A stretch of 63,891 nucleotides of DNA, counting the filler, from Reticulomyxa filosa (lineage: Eukaryota; Protista; Foraminifera): the NCBI GenBank assembly GCA_000512085.1. It is 21 parts of 21 records of this genome, joined end to end, with 100 filler letters (N's around TTAATTAATTAA, not from the genome) between each part and the next. Parts side by side here need not be neighbours in the genome. Positions count along the whole stretch, not along the records: positions 47,480 to 50,130 come from ASPP01009657.1; positions 50,231 to 51,622 come from ASPP01043239.1; positions 51,723 to 54,059 come from ASPP01026942.1; positions 54,160 to 55,161 come from ASPP01039116.1; positions 55,262 to 60,128 come from ASPP01034632.1; positions 60,229 to 62,461 come from ASPP01018998.1; positions 62,562 to 63,891 come from ASPP01016387.1; 14 more parts are not named here. One strand, written 5' to 3'. The notes below the pieces were generated by a model. That model was not told the DNA's origin and did no database searches. It saw only the letters and a program-made list of their open reading frames with translations. This document shows, in pieces, positions 48,406-62,589 of this stretch; position 1 is the stretch's first letter, and each line of letters starts with the position of its first letter. The position numbers and the translations under genes are program-made.

Positions 48406-49434
48406 AAAAAAAAAAAAAAAAAATAAGAGCCAGTTAATTGTAATCGGGAGAGCTAGTTTTTTTGGAATGAGTAAAGAGGTAATTAAAGTGTCACCTCTTT
48501 TCTACTTCTGCATTGTTTTTACAATTTTATTAACATCTTTAAAAGCGCAATTAAAATTAACGTAGCTTCTTCCACAATATTTGAAGCAATACTTCTCAGA
48601 TATCCACAACAATTAAATGTAAAACCCATGGAAGGAAATAAAAATCATAAGCTCAAAAACATAAAACCGTTGAAACGCTTGTGTAAACACATTTTCCACG
48701 CAGTTGAGTCATTAAAAAAAAAAAGTAAGCACTTTAAAATTTTTTATTGTGAGAAAAATGACAACTGCTTCAATACGAATAGGACCCCCTATGCGAACCA
48801 TAACACAGATTAATATCATTAATATGACAATGATTACATTTGCTTTTCTTTTCGTTTAATTCCAATCTTGTCTTTCGGCCTTATCTCAACTTATGAGCCA
48901 ATTGACTTTCTTGTAGCAAGCTGCTCTAGAAACAAATTTCATTACTCCATAATCTTTTTCCTTCATTATCAATGCTCATCTCTAAACTTTTTTTTCAAGT
49001 TTTTAGGTCTTTTACACAAATTTGAGGTCTGTCTTGGTGTCGACTTATAACAAAATTTTCACCGTACAAATAATCCGGAAGCACAGTTCGAGTACTGTCA
49101 TATAGCCCTTGAGAAGATGACTTTTAGTTTCCTTTTGATCACATCATTTTTATAATCAGGAATGGAACTTGCTATAGCTTTTGAAATGGACATTATTAAA
49201 AAAGGGATTATAGTTACAAAAACTGAGTACGTTATTTACTGTAAATGTAACTCACAAAAGAGAAAATTTTTGGATTGCCACAGCTACTAAATTTGCATGC
49301 TAAGGATATTCGTGGTCTAGTGTCCAAATTAGGCTAGATGAAAAGTTTATTATATTTGGAGTCAAAAGGGGTAGTTTTTGTGTACTTCTCTTAATTTTTC
49401 TTGTTCATTATTTCGAATATTGTTTTGGAGATTC

Positions 49435-50045
49435 ATGGCTTATTTGAGTTTCGAGTAAGTAATTTTCTAAGGTCATAAATATATCAACAAATAAAGATCA
49501 ACGAACAAAAAAACAGAACTGACACAGAGCATGTCCAACTAGTAGGATCAACAGGGGTTGGTAAATCAGCGCATATCAGTTTGCTGACAGGGACGGAAGT
49601 AAAAGTGAGTGACGGCGCAAAGTCATGCACAATGGAGACGAGTATGTACGAAGGGAAAGATGACCGCTGTTATATCGACACAGTAGGTGTGGAAGACAGT
49701 CGCAAAATAAGCGACAAAAAAATATTGAACGAAACTCAGCGAGATTTGATGAAACACAAAGTGAAAAGATTGAAAGTGATATGGATCGTCAACGCAAATA
49801 GTCGAGAAACGTCAACATTGCAAAAGCAAGCACGATTTATCAAGTCGATGCACGCAGAAATATGGAAATCGGTCATTCTAATCGTCAGAGATCCAGGAAC
49901 AAATCTCGATAGAACATCCCAAGGTGCAAGAGAGGCTATTAAAGAATATGGAGGCTCTATTTTTGTTGCACAAATTCCTGTATTGGGATATACCAATATC
50001 GATTGGCAAAAGGATGTTCCAACTTTTGTTCCAAGATTAAGTTAA
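49435..50045 (+). CDS. AIG1/GIMAP/septin-like TRAFAC P-loop GTPase, 3'-truncated
   Basis: G1 LVGSTGVGKS, G2 AKSCT, G3 YIDTVGVED. The first exon and start codon are uncertain. Confidence 0.75.
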
Positions 50046-50094
50046 ATTATTATTATCATTATTTTTTTAAACAAAATAAAAAAAAATGTCATAT

Positions 50095-50130
<36 letters not shown>

Positions 50131-51850
50131 NNNNNNNNNNNNNNNNNNNNNNNNNNNNNNNNNNNNNNNNNNNNTTAATTAATTAANNNNNNNNNNNNNN
50201 NNNNNNNNNNNNNNNNNNNNNNNNNNNNNNGTGGTCTTGGAAAAGGATTGTTCATGATTTTCAGCAATCTGTCATCATATTCATGTATAAACATGCAATT
50301 CCTAGCCCTTATTTGGATAGTCATGGACAAGACGATATTCATGTGAATCAACAAAGCTGATTATCTCTCAGTTTTTTGGTGACTGCATGGGTTGTGGAAA
50401 ATAGTTGATCAAATATGAATGCACTTTAGTGGATTATAAAAAACAAAGAGAGAATATGTAATTCTCTAATTTTTTTTTTTAAACGTTCAGCTGAAAAACT
50501 TTTGTTAACTCCAAAAGTTTTATAAGTCTTTTTTTTTTAGCAAAAAAGTACTTTATGTTGTCGTGATTGATACAAAAAAAAATGAGTATTTATTATACTA
50601 AAGAGTCCAAATTTGTTTTATTTGGCGTCCACTTTTTGATAGCAGGAGAGAAGGAGAACAAGCGGGCAGGGAACTTTCAAAATATTGCTTAGTTGGAAGA
50701 CTATCCACGCCTCAAAAAAAAAAAGAAAAAAATTAAAACAGTACGTGGTATATCCTTATTTCGTTGACCCAAATTGAAAGAAAACAATATCTATATGATA
50801 AACAACAACCTCAAAACGATATTCTTCAATTCAAATTGTCACCTTTGATACCATCAATGGTCTCATCTGTCATTCACATACAACCAATTTTAAGGCCAGT
50901 TGAAAGATTTATTTGTTTTGGTAAAAAAAAACAAAACAAAACCTGATGGCATGTCTTGGGGAGTGTTATGATAAGCGGCAGTTTCAATGGTTTGAGCATG
51001 TTCATTTTCTATCAAAATATAGTACTTTTGTGGCTCTGAAGTTTGGAAGTTAGAGGCATTGACTTGACCAAGCTCACCAATATTCATGCTATTGTTATTA
51101 TCCAAATGGTCCCTTTTTTCTTCATCTCTTTTCCTTTCTCTCTCTCTCGTTTTCTTTTTCGGTGTCTTTGTTTTTATTGTTACTGTTGGAGGATCTATAT
51201 TTTTGCATGTCCAACTCCCAGCTCGGTTTCGCTGTCTCTTCGTTCTCGCGATATGTTTTGTGTGATGACGAACATGCCAGATCCGACAGGCGCGTGACGC
51301 GACTTGAGAGCTGTCAAATCTTTTTGGTTATTTTGACTGTCGTTCACTGCCAACTGTAATGAAACATTTCAAAGATTTTTTCACATAAAAAATTGATAAT
51401 TTTTATAAGCATTTAAAATGTCCAAACATAAGCTTGTATCACTTACGAACACTTATAATAAAAAAAATAAGCAGTCTTTTAAGTCTTTTTCTTCAAAAAA
51501 GAGCCACGTTGACAAAAACATTTACTTAAGTGGCATTTGGATCTTCTACCTCTTTAATTTATCTTTGTCTTTTTTTTTGGGGAATTTGTTATCTTCTTTC
51601 CATTTACTAGTCTTTCCCTCTTNNNNNNNNNNNNNNNNNNNNNNNNNNNNNNNNNNNNNNNNNNNNTTAATTAATTAANNNNNNNNNNNNNNNNNNNNNN
51701 NNNNNNNNNNNNNNNNNNNNNNACCAGGTTGTGTATAACTGTATATATATATATATATATGTATATACATATATGTGTATGTATGGTTTATATACGGTAC
51801 ATTTTTTGAGTTTGAAGAAGATTGATAACAATCAAAAAAAAAAAAAAAAG

Positions 51851-52811
51851 ACGTGTGATGATAAGACGATTGAAAAAAGATGTGCTGGAACAATTACCTG
51901 ATAAAGTTCGTAGTGTTGTCGTGCTGGAAATCGACAAAAAAGCGACAAAAAAGCTCCAAACACAAATGGGTCGCATTGAAAATGACCACAAAAAATTCAA
52001 TGATAGTAACGCTGACCATAACGACAGCGACAAGAAAGAGAGCACGAGCGTGGTAGACTGGGGACAAAATGAACACTTGACGGTCGATGAACAATCTGGA
52101 GTGGATGCATTGAGAATGTTGGAACTTCGGAACAGCAGTTTAATGGCTTGCTTCCGTGACACTGGCCTTGTGAAAATACCTGGAATCAGAGATTACATTG
52201 GGGACTTGTTCGAAAATGGAGAAAAGTTTTTGATTTTTGCACATCATCGTCAAGTGCTCGATGAAATTGAAGCCAAAGTTCGAGAATTGATCGGGGAACA
52301 TTATATACGCATTGATGGAGAAACAAAAGAAAAATTCAGAAAAGAATATGTGGACAAATTCCAAAATAATGAAGCATGTCGTATTGCTGTACTGAGCATT
52401 ACAGCAGCTGGCTTAGGGTTGACATTGACCAAAGCAACCACTGTTGTCTTTGCAGAGTTGTTTTGGAATCCTTCCACGTTATTACAATGCGAAGACCGAG
52501 CCCATCGCATTTCCCAAAATGAAGTTGTTAATGTCGTCTATTTGATCGGAAAAGATACATTAGACGATAAGATTTTCCCTATGATTCATAACAAAATTCA
52601 AGTTATTAGTAAAACACTGTCTGGAAAAGACATTGAAATGAAAGTTGACTCGTACAAAGAGTGCTTGTCGAATCGTGCTGTAAGCGCATCCGCTTCTGAA
52701 ACAGATACTCCCTTGAAACAAACAGATAAAACTTCAAAAAAGGAATTTGTACAATCCTCTTTGGACTCTTTTGTTGTAAGCACACCTGAAACAAAAAAAG
52801 TATTGAAATAA
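51851..52811 (+). CDS. SMARCAL1/ZRANB3-like SNF2 ATPase, C-terminal helicase lobe
   Basis: MIRRLKKDVLEQLPDK, KFLIFAHH..VLD, IRIDG.T, AVLSITAAGLGLTLTKA..VVFAELFWNP..LLQCEDRAHRI. Confidence 0.92.
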
Positions 52812-53064
52812 TTGTTTTGGAATGTTTTTTTTTTTTGGAATGAAAATGTTTTGTTTAATTCTTTTGGTATCAACAATGCTCAATAATGAATATTTATTAA
52901 TTTTTTTAAAAGCTCCAAACTATTTTAATTGATTAAAATTTGAAACAATTACATTGAATTCATTTTTATCCTTTTCTATACTGATAGACTTACAAAAGAA
53001 TTTCTCTAAAGACCATTGAATGGATTTAAAAAAAATTTATGATACACAAAATGAGACAAAATAT

Positions 53065-53930
53065 TCATACATTTTGAACAGTTTTGTTGTATATTTCGGT
53101 CCATTTACGATAAGCATCTGTTGTAGCAAATCGAAAATAAGAATCTCGCATTAGTGATAGCAGCTCTCTCAATATTTTGTCAAACAAAAAGATAATGTCC
53201 TCTTCGGTCAAATCATCAAAAGTGGCATCTATAGGCAAAGAGGGTCGCGCCAATGCCAGTCCAACCCTATGCTTGCCATTGTTACCATTGTTGTCATCGT
53301 TATCATTGTCACCATTATTCTCATCATCATCATTATCAACATTGTCAGCAGAAGCAATGATCGTCGGAAAAGATTGGCCCTCTAACTTCAAGTCCGTTTC
53401 AATTTCGGCATCATTACTGGGAGGGGTTGAAAACGGGGTAACACTAGCACTGGGCACCTCAACGGTGGCTGACTTTGTTTCAACTTTTTCTTGGCCAAAA
53501 ATTAAAGAGTTGGTTTTAACAACAACATCAATTTCCTTGTTACTGTGAGCATGATTATGTTCAGTGCTGGCGCGGTAATATGAGCTCGCAGCAACACTTT
53601 CTTTGCGAATCCTATTTACAGTGAAGCGACTGTTTTTGAACAAGCGGATCATTTCAAGACGCAAGGCATAGGGTATATTGATTTCGAATCTAGCTCCAGG
53701 GAGCACATATTTGTGCAGCAATATTGCAATTTGGATTTTGTGGTCAAGTCCACTGTGATGCACAAGAAATGACTGTGGCATTTCATCGCTCACCATAAAC
53801 TTGTTTCCAAGTCTATCTTCCAGCCGCACTGACGTGTTATGCACAATGTATTGTTGCTTCATTTTTTGTCGAAATTGGCACATTTCCAAGTAGCACAGCA
53901 AATTTTCAGAGGAAAATTCTGGTTTGGCAT
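53065..53930 (-). CDS. RGS-domain protein, last exon
   Basis: EFSSENLLCYLEMCQF…KYV..GARFEINIP…LFD….LLSLMRDSYFRF. A long low-complexity insert separates the last RGS helices. Confidence 0.8.
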
Positions 53931-55261
53931 AAGTATTTATAAGTGGAAATGTGTTTTGAGCATCATCAAGTTTTTTTTTTTTTTTTTTTTAATTTGTCCA
54001 TTTATATACGTATGTACATGTATAAACATATGTATGTATACTCTCAAAAAAAAAAAAAANNNNNNNNNNNNNNNNNNNNNNNNNNNNNNNNNNNNNNNNN
54101 NNNTTAATTAATTAANNNNNNNNNNNNNNNNNNNNNNNNNNNNNNNNNNNNNNNNNNNNAATTTTGAAACCTTTTTTTTGATTATTTGAAATTTTTTTAA
54201 AAATTTTTATTAAAAATTTGTTTTTTTATAATATTTTTACCATTTTGTTTGTTTTCTTTGTGCATTGATTATAATTTCAATTCTCATTGGCATTGACTCA
54301 ACTATAGCTTGACGTAGTTAATTGGCAGTTTTTACTATATTTTTTCAAATTTCTCACAAAGTTTTTGTTTGTTGTTAATTTTTTGCCTTTATATAATTTT
54401 ACTTTAATTTTCCGCCAAATGTTCTCAATCATAAGAAGTTCCAAAATGATTTGATGTATTATACTAATTCATTGCTTCAAACAAATACCATATTTTCTCG
54501 CTGATATTGCCAAAAAATCTTATATTTCTTCGCTGTCTTTACATGATGCTTACATGCCACTTTCTATCCTTTGTACGCTTGGATCATGTGATCGCATTTG
54601 ATCGTCGTTGGCACTGTTGTCGCTTGACATAAATTGCAATACTGCCATTTGTGCTGTCAAGTCTTGCATTGCCATTCGGACTGATCCCAACTTAAAATGA
54701 CTCTTGCCTCGTACTATGTCGCTGGCCACTATGGATCGTCCAAATGACTTTACATAATCTTCTATGCTAATGACAACATCCGACTTAAAACTTTGTTCAC
54801 TAACTGTAAATTTGACAACAACTTCACATACGTCACGCCGATTTGTCGCGTTCCTCTCTCATGGCGAACATATCTTCGCTTCAGAAGACTCAATCTTGAC
54901 ATGATTTGGTCAAAACATAAATAGTTTTTTTTTTTATGATTCGTTCCCCAAAACAGTGGGTGCCAAAAACAGAAAGTAGTCCGCCCTAGGAAATCCAAAG
55001 AAGCCAAAATAGAAAATAATTTAATGCTGCCAGAAAAACGATGATCCAACTTTAGAATCATTATAACCCTACGATGGTTTATACTACATCAAACTAAATT
55101 CAATAGACGGCAAATTACAAGTTTGCTTAAACAACAAGATAGTTTTATCTTTATCATTGTANNNNNNNNNNNNNNNNNNNNNNNNNNNNNNNNNNNNNNN
55201 NNNNNTTAATTAATTAANNNNNNNNNNNNNNNNNNNNNNNNNNNNNNNNNNNNNNNNNNNN

Positions 55262-56557
55262 ATATATGCATGATGTATATAGTATACGTCCCGTTTGGCA
55301 AGAGGTGACCATCTCCCCACGTATAATTGGCATTATAAATAGAAAAAAAAACAGTAAAATATGCAAGGATTTGGACAAGAAAAGTTGTAGTAACGTGTCT
55401 TTTTGAGCATCAGGTTTATCCGCTTCCGACACTTCTCCATATCCATCGCTGCCAATATATTGATTGGCGTCAAATTCCAAAGGAAACGGGATTTCCTTGT
55501 CAATTTTGACACGGGTGAGAGTGGCCATGTTGAAGGTCCATCGTCGAAAATAGACTTTCAAAATGTAAGGAAACGAATCAAAGCGATATCCTTTTTTCGT
55601 TGTGGTCTTTTCATTGCATATGTCACAAGTGACTTTGTTCCCATCCGTTAAGATTTCTGGCGTGATATAGCGTTTCATCGCGTCATCAAAAGATATCGCC
55701 TTTTCGATGTCCAATCCAATGCCGTGTGATGAGTCTTTTCGTGGACGTATATCCATGCACTGCATACATTGCGCATAACTCAACACATTCATACGGTGGT
55801 AAACGCTCACGACTTCCGCCAATCGAAAACCAAACGCCTGATTCTCAACAAAGTCAAACAGCACATCCGCCAATTCCAATACGTCGTGTTGCACATACAC
55901 TTGACGATCAGTCCATCCAAATGACGTGGTCAAGTCAGTTGTCGATACCTTTCAAGTTCAATTCAAAAAAAAAAGGGATAAAAAAAAGGTTCATCCGACA
56001 TACACCAAAAAAAAAAAAAAAAAATTTGCATATTAAAAACAAACAAACTAAACTGCTCCTTTGATAGAAATTTGTAGTCTTGCAAACAATCGCTGCAATT
56101 GCAATGGAATACACGACTTCTCTATTGGATGCAATTCCGGATTATACGCAAATTCGTACACTGCTTGTCTCAGCTCTGGGGTCATAAACAATGCTTGCAA
56201 TAAAGAGTTTAGGTAACACGTTGCCCCTTGGTTTTGTATCCCCGTAAAACCTGTCTCCGATTTGTCGCTTATGTGTCCTGTAAAGAAATTCAATTGTCGC
56301 CATGGCGGTAATGGCACTCGGGCATTGCGCACTGGCAACGGAACGCTTGGGTCCGATATCGAAGGAACACCACCTGTGTCGTATTCGCTTCCTTGTCCAA
56401 CACCCACGGTTGTGTACTGGTCCTTTTGTTTTAAACAAGGGAAAGGGTCGGAAAAACAAACGAAAATTCTTAACAAGATTATTCACAACTTTTAAAAACT
56501 TAAACCTACTGTTTCCTCCTTTCTCTTTTTCAAAGCGTTCAAAAATGCAGCGTTCAT
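55262..56557 (-). CDS. Ubiquitin-specific protease (USP7/USP47-like, peptidase C19), N-terminal part
   Basis: Cys box GIQNQGATCYLNSLLQALF, plus LQLQRLFARLQ, LTTSFGW and QHDVLEL. Truncated before the His box. Confidence 0.92.
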
Positions 56558-57567
56558 TATGTTGCTGTTTACTTCAAGCCCCCGTGCAGGTCTTACGTTC
56601 CAAGTTTTTTTGTTACGAGAAACTTTTTAGTAGCTGACCAGAAAACAAGTCACCAAGTTTTGTTTTTTTAAAGAAGATATACGAAATCTTCACTGTTTTA
56701 GCTACTTAAGAAATTTGACCTTTTTAATTAATGAAAAATTTTAATAAAAATTGCTCAGATATCTGAGCAAAAAAAGCAAACATTTCAAATTTAGAACAGA
56801 CATACCGAAAGTTTTGGGCGTGCACAGTGACCATATCCGTTCATTCTTACTATTCACAACCAAGAAAACTGAAAAAATTACTAAATTATTTTTGAAAAAT
56901 CTCGTGGATCAAGTGAAAATTTGAGTTTTTGCTATTAATAAATTCTTTTAATCAACAACACGAAAACGTTAAAAATGAAAATATGACTATATTGTGCAAT
57001 CTAACCTAATTATAATCCAAGTTATTGTTATTCTTTGAATGAAAGATATATTTTCTTTTGTTTATGTGTGTTAATGATGCAAAGCCATCATTCTATGACA
57101 GCTCTTGCATTTCAAGATTTGCATTTTCTTTTTGATTTAAAAAATGTAGTGAAAACAATTCTTTTAAAAAGAAAAGTGTATTTTGTAATGATCACTAAAA
57201 TTGGAAATTTTTTTTTGCATTTTGCTGCACAAAAACCTCAAGATATGACTTTTCTTATGACTTGCATTTATCTAAAATGATTGCTGTTAAACAGCAAAAT
57301 CATTTCAAAAGAATATAAATTATTCTTTTCAATTTGTTTTGTAATAATTGCATATCTATTGTATAACGTATGAGCATCATTCAAGTAGTTATAAGATAAC
57401 AACGTACTAAGGTAGATTGGCACAACTTATTTTATATTGAAAAGTGATTAATCTTTGCAAAGAAGACAATGTAACGTTCTTTAGTAAGTTAAAAGGAGTG
57501 AGCGAAAAAGAAAGCTCTGTGTTTGCAGTAAAATTTATTTTATTTAGAATCTCAAAGAATAAGCGTA

Positions 57568-59315
57568 ATGGCCACTCTTTTGAAAGCATCGACGACAAGT
57601 GGAACGACCACTTGCATGGTGACATCAACAGATCCAAAAAATGATATTCTGGTTCTGAAAGTCGTCGAGGAAGAGTTTACTGTTTTTTAAAAATTGGAGG
57701 TCTTTTTTTCGCAAAGGAAATAATATAATATTAACCTTTTCATCTTTTTTGTGCTTCAATTTACAACAAATAATAAAAAAATAGAGAAGAGAATAAAGAA
57801 CGTTTTGAGCCAGAATTGGAAGCACGTGTCCGGCAAATGGAAAAAGAAATGAAAAGAGACAAAATAAACGTGAAAGAGTGGCATGACAAAATTCAAAAAT
57901 GTGAAGAAAGCTATCGATTTGAATTTGAGCCAAAATGTTATTACAAAAATTGTAAAGAGGTCCCAAAGGTTAACAAGAAGTTGTTTGAGCATGACGTATA
58001 CTTCTGTCGCTGTCACCGAATTGAAATTGCGAAAGAGTTTAAAAAAAAATGCAAAAAAAGAAAGTGTTATGATGAGAATGCGAAAGAAATTGTGGACTTG
58101 TTAACAAACAACACGGATAAGAAATTGTTGGAAAAATCGAAAGAAAGTAAGTTGCCAAGCAACTATTTCGCTCGATTGTTTGCGTATTTTCAATATCAAA
58201 TGTATTGTGTTTGTAAGCAATTGATGACAACAGAGGCATCATTACCAGAATATTGGGAATTAAAAGCAAGGTATATTGAATTGCGAGAGCAAGCAAAGAG
58301 TTTAATTGTATTGCGAAAAATGATGAATCCACTTAATCTTGCCGTCGTCAAGGAGGCAATTAAGAATTACGTTAATCTGCGTATACTTGGGGGTATTATT
58401 TTGTTTGTGGTTGTTAGTAGTGTATTGGTTATAAAGCTGTTCCACTTCAGCTTCCGAGCGAAAGGGGCAACGTCAACACAGAATTCTGAAAGCCAGTCCG
58501 AAGTATTAATAAACGCCTCAGATGATGAAAAAAAGAATATTGATGAAGTGTCACAAGAGTCTCAACCCAAATCCCGGTCTGGGTCCATATCTGGGTCTCG
58601 ATCTCATGAAAATATACTGAAGACTATAGACACAATGCAGAAAGAGTTGGTAGCGTGCGGGTCAAGAATATACGATAATCAGACCAATCTTGAAATTCTG
58701 AAAATGAACGAAGATCCAACAGACAGCGGTGAGTACAATAATGTTGCAATAAACATTGAGCGTATAAACCATACACTTAAACAAAGGAAAAGAGCATCAC
58801 TCGAAAAATCACTCGAAAAAGGCAAGAAGGACAGAGATACATTGACAGAAGAGTTGAAAAAATTATTTCCCGAATGGAAACCGCCACTTACTCCAGAACA
58901 AGAAGAACGCGCTTTTAAAAAAATGCAAGAATTGAAAAAAGCTCATTTCCAAGAGAATTCTAACACTGTTTTTACAATGGTGTACAAAGATGAGATTAAG
59001 TATGAAAACTCGTTAATTGACTCGCATGAATTTAAGCCGGAATTTAATGCCTTTGATGACACCAAAGTATTATTCATAAAAACTGACCGAGGGGTCGTGG
59101 GAAAGGAAAATTTTTATGACATTTGCGAGAGTGTTTGTCGTGATATTCTAAATTTTGACCAAAACTTCGTTGGCGAAAGCAAAAATGCTTTCGAAAAAAA
59201 GGGATGGAAAGTAAACATTTTTGTTCACAACTCGCCTTATTCTCGTTGGAAGTGTGGATGTTCGATGCATTGGTGTGAGCATGTTGGCAGCCAAAAGGTT
59301 CATATTTGGCTTTAA
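57568..59315 (+). CDS. Hypothetical protein with Cys-rich, hydrophobic and coiled-coil segments
   Basis: 499-aa ORF 57816-59315 plus a probable first exon from ATG 57568. No family recognised. Confidence 0.6.
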
Positions 59316-60350
59316 GACAATCTTGTAGTTTAGATTAGATTTTTTCTCGATTTTATAGTCGAAAGGAACTTACATTATCTCTAGCACTCTCTTTCAATTT
59401 CGGTTTTAACTTTATTTTATATACTTTTCAGATGTTTTGCCAAAATAATATTGCAATTCATGACAAACGCAAAATTGAAAAAACATTGTTTCCAGCGACT
59501 GGTAGAATTATAACAGCTTGACCCCTAATGATAATTTGCCATGACGTAGTATTTGTACTTGGGCCTGCAATTATCGTTGTCTTGATAACACTTTTCACAA
59601 TTTGATTTGTTATGATATTATAGTAAAGCTGATGCAGAACTTGAAGCATTTGAAAATTGCTTTCAATCTAACTTATTCAAACTAAGATTATGGAACACAA
59701 ATCACGAAACACTTGTTGGAATAATGGGAAAAAAGTTGTTCTTGTTAATATTTTGAAAATGCTGTTTATTACTTTTAATTGTGTCATTAAACATTAGTTA
59801 TCTCCAAGTTCAAGAAGTAGCATATACTTCTTTTTTGAAGTATCTGTGTATTCATTTTGTATTATTTGCGCTCTAAGCTTTGTATGATTTTTTTGGACAA
59901 CAAGCGAGCAATCTGACACTTGGAATGTGCACATTCTAAAATATTGTACGCTCCAATGCAAAACATACCTCAGCAAAAAAAAAGACGGAACACAAAAAAT
60001 TAAAATATTTGTATTTTATAGCTAGCGTTAAAGACAATTTTTTCTGTATGTATTTAAAATCTATTTGCTTTGTAAACCTGTAATGAGTATTTCAAATGAA
60101 GTTTGGTAATTGTATTGAGTTTTTTTGTNNNNNNNNNNNNNNNNNNNNNNNNNNNNNNNNNNNNNNNNNNNNTTAATTAATTAANNNNNNNNNNNNNNNN
60201 NNNNNNNNNNNNNNNNNNNNNNNNNNNNTAGTTAATCTAATGATAGCAAAGTACATTTTAGTATGAATTTAGTATTAAAATTTTCCAAAAAAAGGAACAG
60301 ACAGGGGAGGGAAAAAAAAAAAGGAGATCATCCACTGTAGACAAGAAAAA

Positions 60351-61470
60351 ATGGTCAATCCACGAATATTTTCAATCCCAACAGTTTTGATGGCCACATT
60401 GTCCATTTGTTCATGTGGCTATGTCTGTAATTCCTCCTGGGAATACCGTAAAAAACCAAAGACTTGTCAAAGGAATAGTCTGTTTGTAGAGAATATATTT
60501 TTAATGTCGTTGTGCGACGGAGCAAATGCTCTGTGGTGTGTGTTGAATTGGCTGCCCGGAGCATTAACAATTTTTAACACCAGTAAGGATAGTTTATGGA
60601 CGTACGATGAAACAACGTGTAAGATACTGGGAATATTTTCGCAACTGGCAGGAACGAGCAGCCCTTTGTGGCATGTACTAATAGCATTATCCTTATTTTA
60701 TCTGATGCTGGGATATCCATTACCTGCCCTTATTCGGCACAAGAATAAACTCTATATTGCCATTATAATGACAGGTTTGGAACAAAGGACAAACAAAGCA
60801 AATGCAAAAACAATAGCAACAAATAACAGTTAGAGAAAATGCCTAAATAGGTGTGATATTGACGATTATTCCGTTGTTTTTTGACGCTTATGGATCATTC
60901 GCAAACCTTCCAAATGACAATGAGTGTTGGATTAAAAAAAAAAACTATCAAATGACAGAATATATCCCCGTTCTGTTTTCAGTGGCGTTTCATGACACTG
61001 TCACCCTCATTGTGGCTATCAAATATTACAGACATAAATACAAACACCAACAAGACAATGACCAATGCTTCATTTCGCCTGAAACCGATTACAATCGTAT
61101 TCTCGTCAACAATATGACTGCTTTTGTCTGCGTTTTTACCTTGATTCGAGCTTTTCCCACTGTCGATCGTATCTACGGACTGACTTCCAACAACACCCCT
61201 TCTTGGCTCGTCTTTCTGCACCATGTTTGTATTGCTTCCGTTGGTCTAGGTGATGGTTTAGTGTGGTATTATTCAAACAGGAACCGACAACACTCGAATT
61301 TTTCTGATCAAACCAGAGTCAACGAGGAAGCTGCCAATTCTCAAAAAACCGCCACTTCCAACATTGACCCACAAAACACTCATTCGCACCACAGTACCGA
61401 TAGTGATAGTACATCGAGTGAGACCGGCAGCAATATGTTGAGTAGTGTGTACACAACTAGTCCAGTTTAA
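60351..61470 (+). CDS. cAMP-receptor-like/GCR1-type 7TM GPCR (2 exons)
   Basis: IFLMSLCD, CKILG.FSQ…S.LW…IA, YG……ECWI. The intron at ~60775-60851 joins ORFs 60351 and 60853. Confidence 0.8.
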
Positions 61471-62229
61471 AGAATTAACTCACGTTTTTTTTTTAATTAT
61501 TCTTCGCTTTTTTTTTTTCCAAAGAAAAATTGACTCGGTTCTTAATTATTAACATTTTGTGTGCCATAATAAGCTCGTGAGCAAGTTTTTTCTGATATTT
61601 TTGTTGATGTGCTTAAAGTAATTTTTTTAATATAAAAATTGTCCTTTGAATAATCTGAAACACAAAAACTGTTATCATTGGAGATAGGTCTTAGCCCTTT
61701 TTTTCCCTCTCAGCATCAGGTTTTTTTTTTTATAAGAATACTTTTAAAAATCAAACAATTTTTCAATTTAAAGAGGTTTTTTTTCCCATTTTTTTCGTTC
61801 ATTCACCCAAACTCGACTTGTCATTAGTGAAGGGAACCCCTTTTTATCTTCTTAATGGATTTGGAGGATCTTTAGGAACTTGATTTGGAGGAACCTTTCT
61901 CCTAGGGGGAGTATTTCTTGGTGGGTGTTTCAGTTTTATAGGTTCCGATCTATTTGTTGTTGTTGTTTTTTTTTTCCATTGCACACAGCATATGCATAGC
62001 GTCTTTCTACCGTTGATTTTCTCAAACGATCAAATCACTGATAAGTTTGAAAAAAGCGCAACGCCAACAAATCTTGTGATTCGACGTTTGTCCAAACCTT
62101 ATTTACTTCCGTTTTTGACAATATGTCCAAGAAATTTATTTTTATTCTTTGTACTTTTTTTTTCCCTTCCTTTTTTTTTTTTTTCCCTTCCTTTTTTTTT
62201 TTTTTAATGTAAAAAAAAAAAAACTTACG

Positions 62230-62420
62230 AATGATTTGCCAATCGAACAGTGACTGGTGCCCCATCAATCAGTTTTCCATTTAACTCTCGCTGTGCCCTT
62301 CGGGCATCATTGCGATTGGCATAAACAATTTCCGCATTGCCTGTTGATTTGCCCGTTTTTCCGTCAAAGTTGATATATGCCCTGATTACAACTCCAACTG
62401 TCTCAAATATTTCCTTCAAA
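62230..62420 (-). CDS. RRM exon, Aly/REF (THOC4)-like
   Basis: LKEIFETVG…INFDGKTGKSTGNAEIVY…DARRAQRELNGKLIDG. Confidence 0.7.
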
Positions 62421-62461
<41 letters not shown>

Positions 62462-62589
62462 NNNNNNNNNNNNNNNNNNNNNNNNNNNNNNNNNNNNNNN
62501 NNNNNTTAATTAATTAANNNNNNNNNNNNNNNNNNNNNNNNNNNNNNNNNNNNNNNNNNNNATACATATATATATATATGTATAGCAAC

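Noticed and set aside
50231-55161. Genes in contigs 50231-51622 and 54160-55161 (also 40521-41529)
   Set aside because: Only short or stop-interrupted frames without recognisable motifs.
9437-62561. Regularly recurring palindromic TTAATTAATTAA as a CRISPR-like or biological repeat
   Set aside because: It is always centred in exactly 44+44 Ns, so it is an artificial six-frame-stop linker. ORFs in the track that run into it have false ends.
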